From: Vermamoeba vermiformis
Lineage: Eukaryota
Reading direction: 5' to 3'
Length of the DNA stretch: 64,000 nt
Assembly: GCA_045837725.1 (NCBI GenBank)
Contig: JBEWZL010000309.1
Location: 1-64,000, forward strand
A program made the position numbers and the translations under genes. The stretch's first letter is position 1, and each line of letters starts with the position of its first letter. Below, piece after piece: positions 50,561-63,705 of this stretch. The notes beneath the pieces were generated by a model, which searched no databases, was not told the origin of the DNA, and worked only from the letters and a program-made list of their open reading frames with translations.

Positions 50561-51115
50561 ATGGTTTTTAGTTTATTACCGTTAATAAAAAATTGACTTG
50601 AAGTTGTTATTTTAAAACCTAATTCTGCTATTTTAGTAGTTAAGCCAAAATACTTAAAAAATGTTATAACATTTTTTAAGTATTTTTTTAACAATAACTT
50701 TTCAGCATTGATGGACGTATGAGGTTCTGATTATCCGTACCGATCTTTTAGATTTGAGGTTAATTTTTTAATTTTGAATTTATCATTACCCTACAGAGTA
50801 ATAATTAGAACCTCAACAAATGAATATATACCTATTTCTACTATAAGTGATATTTATAGTTCTGCGGGTTGATTAGAGCGCGAGGTTTGAGATATGTACG
50901 GGGTTTACTTTTATGGTCATAAGGACTTGAGACGAATATTGACGGATTATGGATTTTCGGGTTATCCTTTAAGAAAGGATTTTCCTTTGACGGGGTATAA
51001 TGAAGTACGTTATGATGATACGAAAAAACAAGTTGTATTGGAGCCTTTGGAAGTTAGTCAGGAGTTGCGATTATTTAATTTTAAAAGCCCTTGGGAAAAT
51101 AATTATATAGATTAA
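50561..51115 (+). CDS. nad9: NADH dehydrogenase subunit 9 (184 aa)
   Basis: WLEREVWDMYG and [24 protein letters not shown]. Confidence 0.96.
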
Positions 51116-51116
51116 T

Positions 51117-52316
51117 ATGGATTTTAAGAATAAAAATTATTTTAAAGAATCAAAAGTTCTTACCTTAAATTTCGGTCCACAACACCCAGCTGCTCACGGT
51201 GTTTTGAGGTTAGTGTTGGAGTTGGATGGGGAAACAGTACTTCGTGCTGATCCTCATATAGGTCTACTTCATAGAGGAACGGAAAAATTGATCGAGTATA
51301 AGACTTATTTGCAAGCATTGCCTTATTTCGATAGATTGGACTATGTTTCTATGATGGCTCAAGAACATGGTTATTGCTTAGCTGTAGAAAACTTGTTGAA
51401 GTGCCAGGTGCCTTTACGCGCTAAGTATATACGTGTTATTTTTTCAGAAATAACACGTATATTAAATCATTTATTGGCTGTGACAACTCATGCGCTTGAT
51501 GTTGGTGCTTTAACTCCTTTTCTTTGGGGGTTTGAAGAACGTGAAAAGTTAATGGAATTTTATGAACGTGTGTCAGGAGCTCGTATGCATGCTGCATATT
51601 TTAGACCAGGTGGCGTTTCACAGGATATTCCATTGGGTCTTTTAGATGATGTATATTACTTCTGTAACCAGTTTTTATATAGAATAGCCGAAATTGAAGA
51701 TTTATTGACCGCCAATAGAATATGAAAACAGCGTCTTGTTGATATTGGTGTCGTGAGTTACCAACAAGCATTAGATTGAGGCTTTTCGGGAGTTATGTTA
51801 CGGGGTTCTGGTGTTTTGTGGGATCTTCGTGTTAATGAGCCCTACGAAGTCTACGACGATTTAAAATTTCTTGTGCCTACGGGTAAACGAGGTGATTGTT
51901 ATGATCGTTATCTGATTAGGGTTGAAGAGATGAAGCAAAGTGTAAATATAATTTTACAGTGTTTAGAGTTGATGCCTAAATCTGGTTTTATAAAGGTTGA
52001 TGATCGTAAGATATCACCCCCTTCCCGCGCTTTTATGAAGTTTTCGATGGAATCGTTAATTCATCATTTTAAACTTTTTAGCGAAGGTTACAATATAAAA
52101 TCGGAAGAGTCATACGCGGTAATTGAGGCACCTAAGGGTGAATTTGGTGTTTATGTTAAATCAGATGGCACGAATAGACCTGCGCGTTGTAGAATAAAAG
52201 CTCCGGGTTTTATGCATCTTCAAGCTTTAGATTTTATGTCTAAATATCATCTTTTAGCTGATGTTGTTACTGTAATAGGAACACAAGATATTGTGTTCGG
52301 TGAAATTGATAGATAA
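51117..52316 (+). CDS. nad7: NADH dehydrogenase subunit 7 (399 aa)
   Basis: [15 protein letters not shown] and DIVFGEIDR. Confidence 0.98.
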
Positions 52317-52338
52317 ATTTTTTTATAATTTTTTTTTT

Positions 52339-53079
52339 ATGTTCTCTCCTATCGAACAATTTGATGTTTATCCAATGTTTTCAAATCCAGTTTTTGATTA
52401 TTTTCAAATTCCTTTTACTAATTCTGCTTTGTATATATTCTTTGCGTTTATTTTATTTTGTTCGTTTTTACTTTTTGGTACTTATAAAGCTACTTTAGTT
52501 CCCGGTACTTGACAATATTTGACTGAAATGTTGTTTAAGTTTGTTTTTAAAATTATTGAGGAACAAGCAGGTAAGCGTGCGTATAAATATTTCCCCTTTT
52601 TATTTGTTTTATTCTTTTTTGTTTTATTTACGAATCTAATGGGTCAAGTACCTTTTGGTTTTACTTCTACTAGTCATGTTATTATTACTTTTTTTGTATC
52701 CCTTAGTATTTGATTCGGCTGTGTTTATGTTGGTCTCTTAGAGAATGGTTTGCGTTGATTTAAATTTTTTGTTCCAGATACTATACCTTTATTTATTCTT
52801 CCTTTTTTTATTGTTTTGGAGATGATATCTTATACAATAAGGGCCTTTAGTCTATCTATACGTTTAAGTGCTAACATGACTGCAGGCCATACTCTTTTAC
52901 ATTTAGTTGCCACTTTAGGTGTAAAAGTTTTTTCTTCTGGTTTTTTACTGTTGGGTATTTCATTCATATTATTAATAATGGTTTTAATGCTAGAAGTTGC
53001 TGTTTCTTTTCTTCAAGCCTATGTTTTTTTAACTTTAATAGCTGTTTATATAAATGATTCTTTAAATTTTGAGCATTAA
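52339..53079 (+). CDS. atp6: ATP synthase subunit 6 (246 aa)
   Basis: SPIEQF, SLSIRLSANMTAGH and LQAYVF. Confidence 0.96.
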
Positions 53080-53083
53080 TATT

Positions 53084-54250
53084 ATGCGATTAGTTAACAA
53101 AAATGTTATATTATTATTTATTTATAGGTTTGGCTTTAACTATCCAGCACCTTTTAATTTAAGTTATTTTTGAAATTTTGGTTCGTTAGCGTTGCTTTGT
53201 TTAGTTTTCCAACTTCTTACTGGTATTTTTTTAGCTATGCACTATACTCCACATGTTGATATGGCGTTTGCGAGTGTAGAGCATATAATGCGTGATGTGA
53301 ATTACGGTTGATTCTTACGTTATTTACATGCTAATGGCGCCTCTATGTTTTTTATAGTTGTTTATATCCATGTTTTTAGGGGTTTATACTATAATTCATT
53401 TACTTATCCTCGTCAATGATTGTGGTTTACTGGTGTGGTTATATTATTATTAATGATATTAACTGCATTCTTGGGTTATGTTCTTCCTTGAGGCCAAATG
53501 AGTTTTTGAGCTGCTACGGTTATTACAAATCTGTTATCGGTAGTCCCTTTTGTTGGTACGGATTTAGTATATTGATTATGGGGTGGTTTTGCTGTCGATA
53601 ATGCTACTTTAAATCGTTTTTTTAGTTTACATTATCTTTTACCTTTTGTTATTTTAGCTCTTTCGTTTATTCATTTAATTTTTTTACATGAATTTGGATC
53701 GAATAACCCTTTAGGTATAGCTTTGAAGGCCGATTTTATCCCCTTTACTCCTTATTATACTATTAAAGATTTGTTTGGTGTAATATTATTTCTTATTTTT
53801 GCGGGTTCTTTTATTTATTTTGCTCCTAATTATTTAGGTCACCCAGATAATTATATTTTAGCTAATCCTTTAGTAACCCCTACTCATATAGTCCCAGAAT
53901 GGTATTTTTTGCCTTTTTACGCAATTTTACGTTCTATTCCTGATAAGTTGATGGGGGTTATAGCTCTTTTATCTTCTATAGTAGTTTTATTATTATTACC
54001 ACTTTACTTGAAAGTTGCTATTAGGAGTTTATTATTTAGAACTTTTTCTAAAGTTTTGTTTTGGGTTTTTGTTGTGGATTGTCTGGTTCTGGGTTGGATA
54101 GGTGGTAAGCCAATTGAAGCACCTTACTATGAAATTGGTCAATTTGCTACAGTTTTTTATTTTGCTTACTTTTTATTAATATTACCAGTTTTGAATAGTT
54201 TTGAACGCTTCTTAATGCAGTATTGGTATTCTTATTATTTTAATAAGTAG
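53084..54250 (+). CDS. cob: Apocytochrome b (388 aa)
   Basis: [24 protein letters not shown] and [17 protein letters not shown]. Confidence 0.98.
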
Positions 54251-54261
54251 TATTAATAATA

Positions 54262-54335
54262 GGCGGGTATAGCTCAATAGGTGGAGCAATACGTTGTGAC
54301 TGTAGAGGCTGTGGGTTCGAGTCCCATTACTCGCC
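54262..54335 (+). tRNA. trnH: tRNA-His(GUG) (IR right)
   Basis: Mirror of 35292-35365. Confidence 0.92.
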
Positions 54336-54481
54336 TTCTATTAAAGTTTTTTAAGTTGTACTTTTTATTGAAATTAAAAAAATATAATTTGATATTATAA
54401 TGGCACTTTTATTAATTTGAATGATAAATTAATAAAAGTGCCATTATAATATCAAATTATATTTTTTTAATAATTTCAGGT

Positions 54482-54554
54482 TGGGGTATAGCCAAGTCGG
54501 TAAGGCAGTGCACTTTGGATGCACCATGCGTAGGTTCAATTCCTACTACCCCAG
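54482..54554 (+). tRNA. trnQ: tRNA-Gln(UUG) (IR right)
   Basis: Mirror of 35073-35145. Confidence 0.94.
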
Positions 54555-54601
54555 GTTGTATTAAGTTACCTGTTTTTTTAAAGGTTAGGTTTGTGGTTAT
54601 T

Positions 54602-54674
54602 GCGCTCTTCATCTAATAGGCTAGGATGTTGCTCTTTCACGGCAAATATATGGGTTCAAGTCCCATAGGGCGTA
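54602..54674 (+). tRNA. trnE: tRNA-Glu(UUC) (IR right)
   Basis: Mirror of 34953-35025. Confidence 0.93.
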
Positions 54675-54711
54675 TTAGGTTTGAGTTTGTATTAAAATAT
54701 AGCTAAATAAT

Positions 54712-54785
54712 GCTCCGGTAGCTCAATTGGCTAGAGCGCTCGGCTGTTAACCGTGAGGTTATTGGTTCAATCCCAATCCGGAGCG
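54712..54785 (+). tRNA. trnN: tRNA-Asn(GUU) (IR right)
   Basis: Mirror of 34842-34915. Confidence 0.93.
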
Positions 54786-54806
54786 TATCTCTTTTTCTTT
54801 TATTTT

Positions 54807-54895
54807 GCCCGCTTGGTGAAATTGGTAGACACGACAGACTTAAAATCTGTTCTTTCTTATAAGCGGAGGTGACGGTTCAAGTCCGTCAGCGGGCA
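54807..54895 (+). tRNA. trnL: tRNA-Leu(UAA) (IR right)
   Basis: Mirror of 34732-34820. Confidence 0.94.
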
Positions 54896-54919
54896 TGTTA
54901 AATAATATATATATAAGCT

Positions 54920-54994
54920 GGGGGCGTAGTGCTAACTGGTTAGAACGCTAGCTTGTCATGTTAGAAGGTGTGGGTTCAAATCCCATCGCCCTCG
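54920..54994 (+). tRNA. trnD: tRNA-Asp(GUC) (IR right)
   Basis: Mirror of 34633-34707. Confidence 0.92.
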
Positions 54995-55059
54995 TCTTTT
55001 TGATTCAGTTTCAATAAAAGATCCATATATGTTAATCTATTTAAGTAGATTAATAAAAC

Positions 55060-56555
55060 AATTAAGAGTTTGATCCTGGCTCTGAGTGAATGCTAGCGGT
55101 ATGCCTTACACATGCAAGTCGTATGGAATTAAATTATTTCATGGCGTATTGGTGAGTAACGTACAAATTGTGTATATTAAGTTTAGCTAATACTAAATAT
55201 TTTAACTTACTTTAGTTATTAAAGATTTCTCGCTTAATAGACATATTTGTATAGGATTAGGTAGTTGGTAGTGGGCTTAGCCTACCAAGCCTACGATCCT
55301 TAGCTGGTCTTGGAGGACTATCAGCCACAGCGGGACGGTTACATCCCGAACTTTTTGGCAGCAGTGAGGAATATTGGACAATGGGCGAAAGCTTGATCCA
55401 GCAATGCCGCGTGGGTGAGGAAGGCTTAGATTGTAAAATCCTTTCGTCGAAGATGATAATGACAGTATTCGAAAAAGAAGCCCCGGCTAACTTCGTGCCA
55501 GCAGCCGCGGTAAAACGGAGGGGGCTAGTGTTACTCAACTTGACTGGGCGTGAAGGGCGTGAAGGTGGTGTGGTACGTTTTTTTTTAAATACTCAAACAT
55601 AATTTGAGGTCCTTAAAAATACGGCCGCGCTTGAGTTTATTTGAAGAAAGTTGTACTTCTAGTGTAGAGGTGAAATTTGCAAAAATTAGAAGGACAGTCT
55701 ACGGGCGAAAGCGACTTTCTACTATAAACTGACACTATAGCGCAAAAGCATAGGTAGCAAACGGGATTAGAGACCCCGGTAGTCTATGCAGTGACCGATG
55801 AATACTAAATGCTCCTAACCGTAAGGGGGTATTTAAGCTAACGCGTAAGTATTCCGCCTGGGAACTACAACCGCAAGGTTCAAACTTAAAGGAATTGACG
55901 GAGGGCTATTTCAGCGGTGGAGCATGTGGTTTAATCCGATATACCGCGTAAAACCTTACCAGCTCTTGATAAGTAGGTTTAAAATTTTTTAGTTAAAATT
56001 ATGCTCATTTATTGTTAATGAGTATTGACCTACACAGGTGTTGCATGGCTGTCGTCAGCTCGTGTTTTGAGATGTTAGGTTAACTCCTTTAACGGGCGCA
56101 ACCCCTTAACTTATATATAAGTTTACTGCTTAGGAAATCTAAGAGGAAGGCAGGGATGATGTCAAGTCGTTATGACCTTTATGGGCTGGGCTACTCACGT
56201 GCTACAATGGTACGTACAAAGGGAAGCAAAAATGTAAATTTTAGCAATTCTCAAAAAACGTATCTCAGTTCAGATTGTACCCTGAAAATTGGATACATGA
56301 AGTTGGAATCGCTAGTAATCGTATATCAGAATGGTACGGTGAATACCCCCTCAGCCCTAGTACACACCGCCCGTCACGCGCTGGAAATTAGTTTTGGTTG
56401 ACATAAGTAGAGGATTATAATTCTTAAGTTTTTTTTGTTAAGCAATTTTTTTCACAAATTTATATAGATTAAAATTACTGCTTATAACATTAAAGCTAAG
56501 GACTGGTGCGAAGTCGTAACAGGGTAGTCGTAGGGGAACCTGCGGCTGGACCAAT
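55060..56555 (+). rRNA. rns: Small subunit rRNA (IR right; ends approximate)
   Basis: Universal SSU motifs; mirror of the left copy. Confidence 0.97.
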
Positions 56556-56567
56556 TTTTTTTATTTA

Positions 56568-56640
56568 GGGTGCATAGCTTAATTGGTAGAGCAGTGGTCT
56601 CTTAATCCAAGGGTTCGGGGTTCGAGTCCCCGTGTGCCTA
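56568..56640 (+). tRNA. trnK: tRNA-Lys(CUU) (IR right)
   Basis: Mirror of 32987-33059. Confidence 0.9.
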
Positions 56641-56645
56641 TTCGT

Positions 56646-56719
56646 GGGCCTGTAGCTCAATTGGTTAGAGCGCGCATCTGATAAGTGCGAGGTTGATGGT
56701 TCAATTCCATCCGGGCCTA
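56646..56719 (+). tRNA. trnI: tRNA-Ile(GAU) (IR right)
   Basis: Mirror of 32908-32981. Confidence 0.94.
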
Positions 56720-56721
56720 CG

Positions 56722-56794
56722 GGCGAAGTAGTTTAGTTGGTAGAACTTTGGAATCATAATCCAAGTGTCGTGAGTTCAATTCTCACCTTCGCCT
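56722..56794 (+). tRNA. trnM: tRNA-Met(CAU), elongator-like (IR right)
   Basis: Mirror of 32833-32905. Confidence 0.85.
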
Positions 56795-56797
56795 ATT

Positions 56798-56871
56798 ATG
56801 CTTGTAGCTCAATTGGTTAGAGCGTTAAGTTGCGAATTTAAAGGTTAAAGGTTCAAGTCCTTTCAAGCATG
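56798..56871 (+). tRNA. trnR: tRNA-Arg(GCG) (IR right)
   Basis: Mirror of 32756-32829. Confidence 0.88.
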
Positions 56872-56924
56872 CGTGTCAAATTTGTCTAATTTAAAAAGAT
56901 AAAATTTATTATTTTTAATTAAAT

Positions 56925-57173
56925 ATGGAAAATTCTGTATTTTTTGCTTCTTTAACCACTTCAGCGAAATTTATCGGTGCTGGTTTAGCTACCATCGGTG
57001 TTGCTGGAGCAGGTATGGGTATTGGTGTTGTTTTCTCAGGTTATATGAACGCTGCAGCCCGCAATGAAATGATCCGTGCTGAGTTATTTCGATACGCTAT
57101 TTTAGGTTTCGCCCTAACTGAAGCTATGGGTCTTTTGGCCATCATGATAGCTTTTTTAATCCTTTACGGTTAA
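56925..57173 (+). CDS. atp9: ATP synthase subunit 9 (IR right)
   Basis: Identical to the left copy. Confidence 0.97.
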   Translation: MENSVFFASLTTSAKFIGAGLATIGVAGAGMGIGVVFSGYMNAAARNEMIRAELFRYAILGFALTEAMGLLAIMIAFLILYG

Positions 57174-57205
57174 TTTTTATCATTTGTAATATTTATTCTA
57201 TAGTT

Positions 57206-57886
57206 ATGAAAATTGTAAAATTAAAATTTTCGCAGCTTATATATAACGCTGTTCATATTGGACATCCCTTAACTCAAAGCAGTAATTTTTCAACGTGATA
57301 CATTTTTGGTGTTCGTTATTCTACATTAATTATTTCTCCTGCAAAGGCTGTGTTTTTTTGGAAGAAAGCTTGTTTGTCATTGTCTCGATTATCATCAAAA
57401 TTTGGCTCTGTACTTTTCGTCAATTTAGACCCAGCTTTAAACTACTTACTTTATAGGATGAATAACATCATTCAGCAACCTATGATTTTGAATAAATGAC
57501 GAGGTGGTTTGTTGACTAATTGAAAATTCGTTTTTTTAAGGAAAATTCCTGATTTTAAAAAGGGCTCCTTTATTGGAACTTGAAGCCAAGAATTCATGCA
57601 AAACTTAAGAGGTGCTACTCGACTTCCAACCGCTGTTTTTACTTTTAATGTTAGTAATAGTATTCTACCTTACCAAGAAGCCAGAACTATAAACTTACCC
57701 ATATTTTCCCTATCAGATTCTACTGTTGATACTAGCAATATCTTATATCCATTACCTGGTAATGATGATGCGGTGAGCTCTATAACATTTTGTTCTATTA
57801 CAGTTTCTAAATCTATACTACTAGGCAGACTTGCTGGTATGTCAAAATATATAAAGTATAAAAAAGTTCATTCACCCCATTATTAA
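57206..57886 (+). CDS. rps2: Ribosomal protein S2 (IR right)
   Basis: AVHIGH, WRGGLLTNW and PGNDD. Confidence 0.9.
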
Positions 57887-57888
57887 AT

Positions 57889-58272
57889 ATGAGTTCAAAA
57901 TTATATTCACCGCATATTCTTGTTTATAAACCTCAAACTAATTCTACTTTTTCATTATTTTTACGTTTTGTATTGGTAGCTGTATTTATTAATTTTATTT
58001 TTTCAGTTTTTTCTTTTAGTATTTTTAGTGAATTTTTATATTGTTATTTTTTGGACATAATTTTTATATCAGAGTTTATTGTAGCTTTCTATATAATTTC
58101 ATCGTTGGGCGAGGATTTTATAGATTATGACGAGATAAATATAAACTATTTAGATATAGATTTGGTTTCTTTTTTCAAATTTTTTTTCAATTTTTCCTTG
58201 TTGCTAATTATACTATCAGTACTTTTCTTATCTTCACATCTTATTTGAGGGGCGGCTGTTGCTGTTGCTTAG
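57889..58272 (+). CDS. sdh3: Divergent succinate dehydrogenase subunit 3 (IR right)
   Basis: SPHILVYKPQ motif; reads through the TGA at 58246 to TAG at 58270. Confidence 0.7.
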
Positions 58273-58343
58273 GTCAGATAGCATAACTGGTAGTGCAGAA
58301 AACTGCAAATTTTTTGGTAACGGTTCAAGTCCGTTTCTGACCT
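58272..58343 (+). tRNA. trnC: tRNA-Cys(GCA) (IR right)
   Basis: Mirror of 31284-31355. Confidence 0.92.
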
Positions 58344-58345
58344 TA

Positions 58346-58419
58346 GCGCCCTTAGCTTAATTGGATAGAGCGCTGGCCTCCTAAGCCAACGGTTACAGGT
58401 TCAATTCCTGTAGGGCGTG
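58346..58419 (+). tRNA. trnR: tRNA-Arg(CCU) (IR right)
   Basis: Mirror of 31208-31281. Confidence 0.92.
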
Positions 58420-58435
58420 TTTTTTATAATAATAT

Positions 58436-60484
58436 ATGTATATGTTGTTTTGTATGCTGGATTTTGATCCGAATTCTGTTAATCTTTATTTAGATTATAT
58501 AAATAAGGAACTTTATAAATCTAAATTTAGTCTTTCTAAAATGTACAGTTTAAAGAAACTGTCTTTTATAGATAAATCAAATTCTTTTTATTATTGATTT
58601 CCGTCTGGGTCTGGTCGAAGAGATCCAGAGAGGACGAATAAACTAAGGTCCAAAAGACAAATTAAAAATAATTCTATTTATAGTTTTGAGGGTTACAATT
58701 TTTTATCGACTTTTGAAATTTTTATTAATAACATTTTTGAAATCAATACCGTTAATGTTTCTAAATCACCGGCTTTTTTTAGTTATCTTTCGTTACTAAA
58801 TGAATCCGTACGTCGACATGAAACGAAGAAAAATGCGCAGCATGTTCATGAATACGTAACTAGTAGTTGAAAATATGTTCGCTATAATGATTATAAGGCC
58901 CTAAAGTATTACTATACTTTTGAAGCCCATAGAAATTTAATTAGACTTCGAAAATTAAACTTTATGGCCTTAAATAGTTGGTTTCCTTTACGTAAAAAAA
59001 AATGGCTTTTTGCTAGAAGAAATATGCGTAATTTTTATTTAAGATGACGCAGGACCGAACAATTTGAATTTAGGCTTTTTAGGGCTCCTGGTATGAGTTT
59101 TAAGTATTGAGCTAAACAGCAATTGCAATATAACTATTTAAATACAAATTCCTCAGATTTATTAATTGATCCTCGTAGCTCTAATTTTTTTACGCCTGCT
59201 CAGCTCCCTCCTACTGAAATGGAATTCATGAATATATTCCGATCTAACAACTATTTACAATTACATTTTACTTTTATTTTTTGACTTTTGAAAGAATCAG
59301 TTTCTAATTCTAATAATACTGGTCTTCCTTCTTACTTCTCAAATTCTTACAATTCAAACCAGTTTTCTCATGGAACCAAATTTAGGTATTTAAAAAATTT
59401 TTTTTCATCTACTACCCCCAAGTATGCTCACATATTCTATTCTAGACTTGACGATGAAATATTGGGTTGGGACGAGTTAAAAACATATTTTTCATTTTTT
59501 CGTCCTTCCTACTGGAATTTGAAAAAGGGCTTAGATTCTTATCCTCATGAGCATTGGGCTTGAGAGGATGTTCTTTGGTGGGAGGACCATGTGCCTTTGT
59601 TTTTTTCCAGGTTTGTGGATAAACGGCGTGAAGAGGTTTTTTTTGATTTAAACAATGTTGATAGCAGTAATATACATTGGTTTTACAAGACTTGATTTCA
59701 TGAGGAAATTTTTACTGAGCTTCAAGCTTCTTACTATAAAACTTATTTTAATATAGATTACCTTACCCCTGGTTGGAGGATTCAAACTGATTATCCTGTA
59801 AAGCGTATGGGTCACTTTGATCCTAAATGACATGAACGACTTCATGAATATGTTGTCTACCCATATATGAATTTATTTTATCCTTCAACCAAGCGTTACT
59901 ATATCGATTACTTTAAACATCCTGATTATATTGATTCTCGAAGCTTTTTAGTTTTAAATTTTGCTTGAAAATTAAATACTTTGCCTTTATTTTTTTATAA
60001 ATTTCGGAGGAAATTCCGTAAAGTTATAAGAGGTTCCCACAACTATATAAATCCATTAGATCAGCTTAAACCTGATTTCAAACAAGCTTTAAATGACTCT
60101 TTCTTGGTAAACTTTTTTCCGCTTATTAGAACTAATGGTAGTCATGTTATGACTCTTTTTAATCTTTACCAAAAAAAATTAATTTTTTTGGTAAAATTCT
60201 TTTCTGGTGATCAAAGTACCCCGGACTTAAAGTCGGGTTATATTGAATATTTAATATCTTTTTTATCTAATAATGGCGTAGTATTTTCGAATAAATTATT
60301 TATTATTAACTCTATAAACAATAAAACTTGAGATTCGTATAAGTCTTTATCTGATTTTTTAGTATATTCCGCTTTTATTAGTTCTTCAGAGCTTTTATTT
60401 TATAAGGAAAGGGTTGTCGCAGAGTATATCGCTTTTAAGCGTTTTTATTCTTTATTTATTTCGGAACATGGAAATATAGGGTAG
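58436..60484 (+). CDS. Unassigned ORF (682 aa; IR right)
   Basis: Read from ATG at 58436 to TAG at 60482; only TGA interruptions. Confidence 0.83.
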
Positions 60485-60494
60485 CGTAGCATTA

Positions 60495-61109
60495 ATGTTG
60501 ACGGACATTGTTTTTCTTTGCTTGGCTGTTATGATATTTTTAGCTGGGCTGCTTGTGATTTTTTCGAAAAATCCTGTTCAATCAGTTCTTTTTCTTGTAG
60601 TTGTTTTTTGTTTATCCGCTCAGTTGTTTGTTTTACTCGAAGTCGACTTTTTGGCCATGGTTCTTATTATTGTCTATGTTGGTGCTATTGCTGTTTTATT
60701 TCTTTTTATTGTTATGATGCTAAATATACGAGTTGTTGAGTTAAGTGAAATATTAAATAGATATTTTCCACTAGCAACTATTGTAGGGTTTTTAATTTTT
60801 TTTGAAATTGTTTTTTCTCTTTATTTCTCTATCGGTTATAGTTATTCAACTGTACTTTATGTAGACTGGTATAAGAGTTTTTTAAGCCACTCAAATGTTG
60901 TATCATTAGGGTTGGTTTTGTACACTTATTTTAGTCCATTTTTAATAATTTCCGGTATTTTGTTATTACTAGCTATGATAAGTAGTATTATGCTTACATT
61001 AGATATTCCTAATTCTGCAGAGTCCTCTTACATTTATACAAAGAAACAGTCAATTTCTGATCAGGTAGATCGCCCTGTAAATGACTTAAATTTTTGAAGA
61101 TTTTACTAA
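60495..61109 (+). CDS. nad6: NADH dehydrogenase subunit 6 (IR right)
   Basis: Identical to the left copy; ends at TAA 61107. Confidence 0.95.
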
Positions 61110-61123
61110 AATAATAAAAATAA

Positions 61124-61208
61124 GCTCGCTTGGTGTAATTGGTAGACACGATAGGCTCAAAACTTATTTCTTTCTGGAAGAGTATCGGTTCAAGTCCGAT
61201 AGCGAGCA
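61124..61208 (+). tRNA. trnL: tRNA-Leu(CAA) (IR right)
   Basis: Mirror of 28419-28503. Confidence 0.92.
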
Positions 61209-61241
61209 TACTATTTTAATCACGATTTTTAATATTTTTTT

Positions 61242-61457
61242 ATGCTAAACTATAAGTACCTAGCTAATACTTTTTTGTACTTTTTTTCCGTTAATAATTT
61301 GGAGTATCCGTTTATAATTGGTTTTTATTACTTGGTTCAAGATTATTTTTTATTTCTTTTTTCAAATTTTAGAGATTTTTCTTATTTAAGTACAATAGTT
61401 AAAGAAAATTTAAAATTTTCTTTATTTATTTTAATTTTTATTTGTTGTTTTATTTAA
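61242..61457 (+). CDS. Small hydrophobic ORF (71 aa), possible sdh4 (IR right)
   Basis: Mirror of 28170-28385. Confidence 0.4.
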   Translation: MLNYKYLANTFLYFFSVNNLEYPFIIGFYYLVQDYFLFLFSNFRDFSYLSTIVKENLKFSLFILIFICCFI

Positions 61458-61467
61458 ACTCAAATAA

Positions 61468-61543
61468 GGCGGGGTAGAGCAGTCCGGTTAGCTCGCCATG
61501 CTCATAACTTGGAGGTCGGTGGTTCAAATCCATTCCCCCGTCA
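61468..61543 (+). tRNA. trnM: tRNA-Met(CAU), initiator-like (IR right)
   Basis: Mirror of 28084-28159. Confidence 0.85.
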
Positions 61544-61561
61544 AACCAATTGCTGGTATAT

Positions 61562-63266
61562 AAACTTGATCTAGCATTAGACAAAGCCGTTGAAGGATGC
61601 CTAGGAACTTATTCTTGGACGATACTAATATCGAAAATATAGACTGAGCTTTAAAGAGTCAATAAAGTTTATTTTTCCAATTTTTGTAAACGAAATTTAT
61701 AAATTTATAAAAATGACTGCAGGGAAGTGAAACATCTCAGTACCTGTAGTGTTGAAATCAATCGAGAATACGGTAGTAGTGGTGAGCGAAACTGTATAAG
61801 GTCTTTTAATTTGGGTTTACCATAAGAATACCTAGTTGGAAATTGTTAGAGCCGTAGAGGGTGAATGCCCCGTATTATGGAACCCCTTTTTAATTATGAG
61901 TACGGCGAAGCCTGTGAAACTTTGTCTGAATAAAGTAGAACCACCTACTAAGCCTTTAAAATATAAGTTACCGATAGCGAACAAGTACCGTGAGGGAAAC
62001 GGTTAAAAAGAAATTCATAAAGAAAATTTAAAAGATACTGAAATTAACGGCTAAATAGCAGTCGGAGCGTAAAGTGACGGCGTACCTTTTGCATAATGGG
62101 TCAGCGACTTAATTTATCTAGCAAACTTAAAATTTTAAGTTTAGGTGTAGCGAAAGCGAGTTTTAATTAGAGCGTTAAGTTAGATAAATTAGACCCGAAG
62201 CCAAGTGATCTAACCATGAGCAGGTTGAAGGTAGCGTAATACACTATTGGAGGACCGAACCGACGTCTGTTGAAAGAGACGCGGATGACTTGTGGTTAGG
62301 AGTGAAAGGCTAAACAAACTTGGTGATAGCTGGTTTTCTACGAAATCTATTTAGGTAGAGTGAGGTGTTATAAATTTAGTAGGTAGAGCACTAAATAAGC
62401 TAGGGATTTCGATAATAATATTTTGAACTTATTGAAACTCCGAATGACTAAATTTTAAGCGCTTTAATCAGACTGCGAGTGCGAAGATTCGTTGGTCAAA
62501 AGGGGAACAGCCCCTCTTGTAAGTTAAGGTCCGGAAGTTAATTCTAAATAATTAAGATTGCTCTTTTACGTTTAATGTTAGCAGGTTGGCTTAGAGGCAG
62601 CCATCCTTTAAAGAAAGCGTAACAGCTCACTAACAATTTGTTTTAGAGTTTCAACAATAATAGGTTTTATAGATTTACACCGAAACTACAGATTAATTTT
62701 TTTGGTAGTAGAATGAACTGTACGCTTTGAAGTTAAAATGTAAGTTTTAATCGAGCCTTCTGTTTTAAGTATGCTGACATGAGTAGCGCAAATAATGTTT
62801 TTAAAAATCATTATCACCGAATAACCAAAGTTTTCTTCGCTAGGTTCTACCACGAAGAGTTAGTCGGCCCCTAAGTATTAAATGATAATTTGATATAATG
62901 GGTTTTGTGATTAATATTTACAAACTAGTTTTAGTGACGTAAGTCATTTTAAATAGAATTCCATTTAGATTTGGAATTCTATTTAAAATGACTTACTACA
63001 AAATAACTAAAACTTACTACTATTACATTAGTAGTTTTAACCGTACTGAAAACCGACACAGGTGGTTAAGTAGAGAATACTAAGGTGACTGAGAGAAGGG
63101 TATTGAAGGAACTCGGCAAAATGACTCTGTAACTTCGGGAGAAAGAGTACCTTTTTTACATGAAAGCTTTTTAGAGTAATATCTAAAGGTTTATACTAGT
63201 TAGAAAGGTGGCACAGAATAGGGGGTAGCGACTGTTTAATAAAAACACAGGACTCTGCTAAATCGT

Positions 63267-63304
<38 letters not shown>

Positions 63305-63358
63305 TAGGTAAAAAGGATTGGTTAAAGCCAAGAATTGAAGCCCCAGTAAACGGCGGCT

Positions 63359-63398
<40 letters not shown>

Positions 63399-63674
63399 TT
63401 AATTGCTGACGCGCATGAATGGTGTAACGACTTCCCCACTGTCTCCAGTACCTACTCAGCGAAATTGAATTCTTCGTGAAGATGCGGAGTACTCGCAGCA
63501 AGACGGAAAGACCCTATGCACCTTTACTTCACCTTTGTACTGTTTAAGAAAAATAAATGTGTAGGATAGACATTAGCCTATGAGAACTTGGCTCCGGCCA
63601 ATTTTTGAGGCAACAATGAAATAGTGTTCTTTTATTTTTTTTGAACTAATTGATATTTAAGACAATGCATGGTT

Positions 63675-63705
<31 letters not shown>

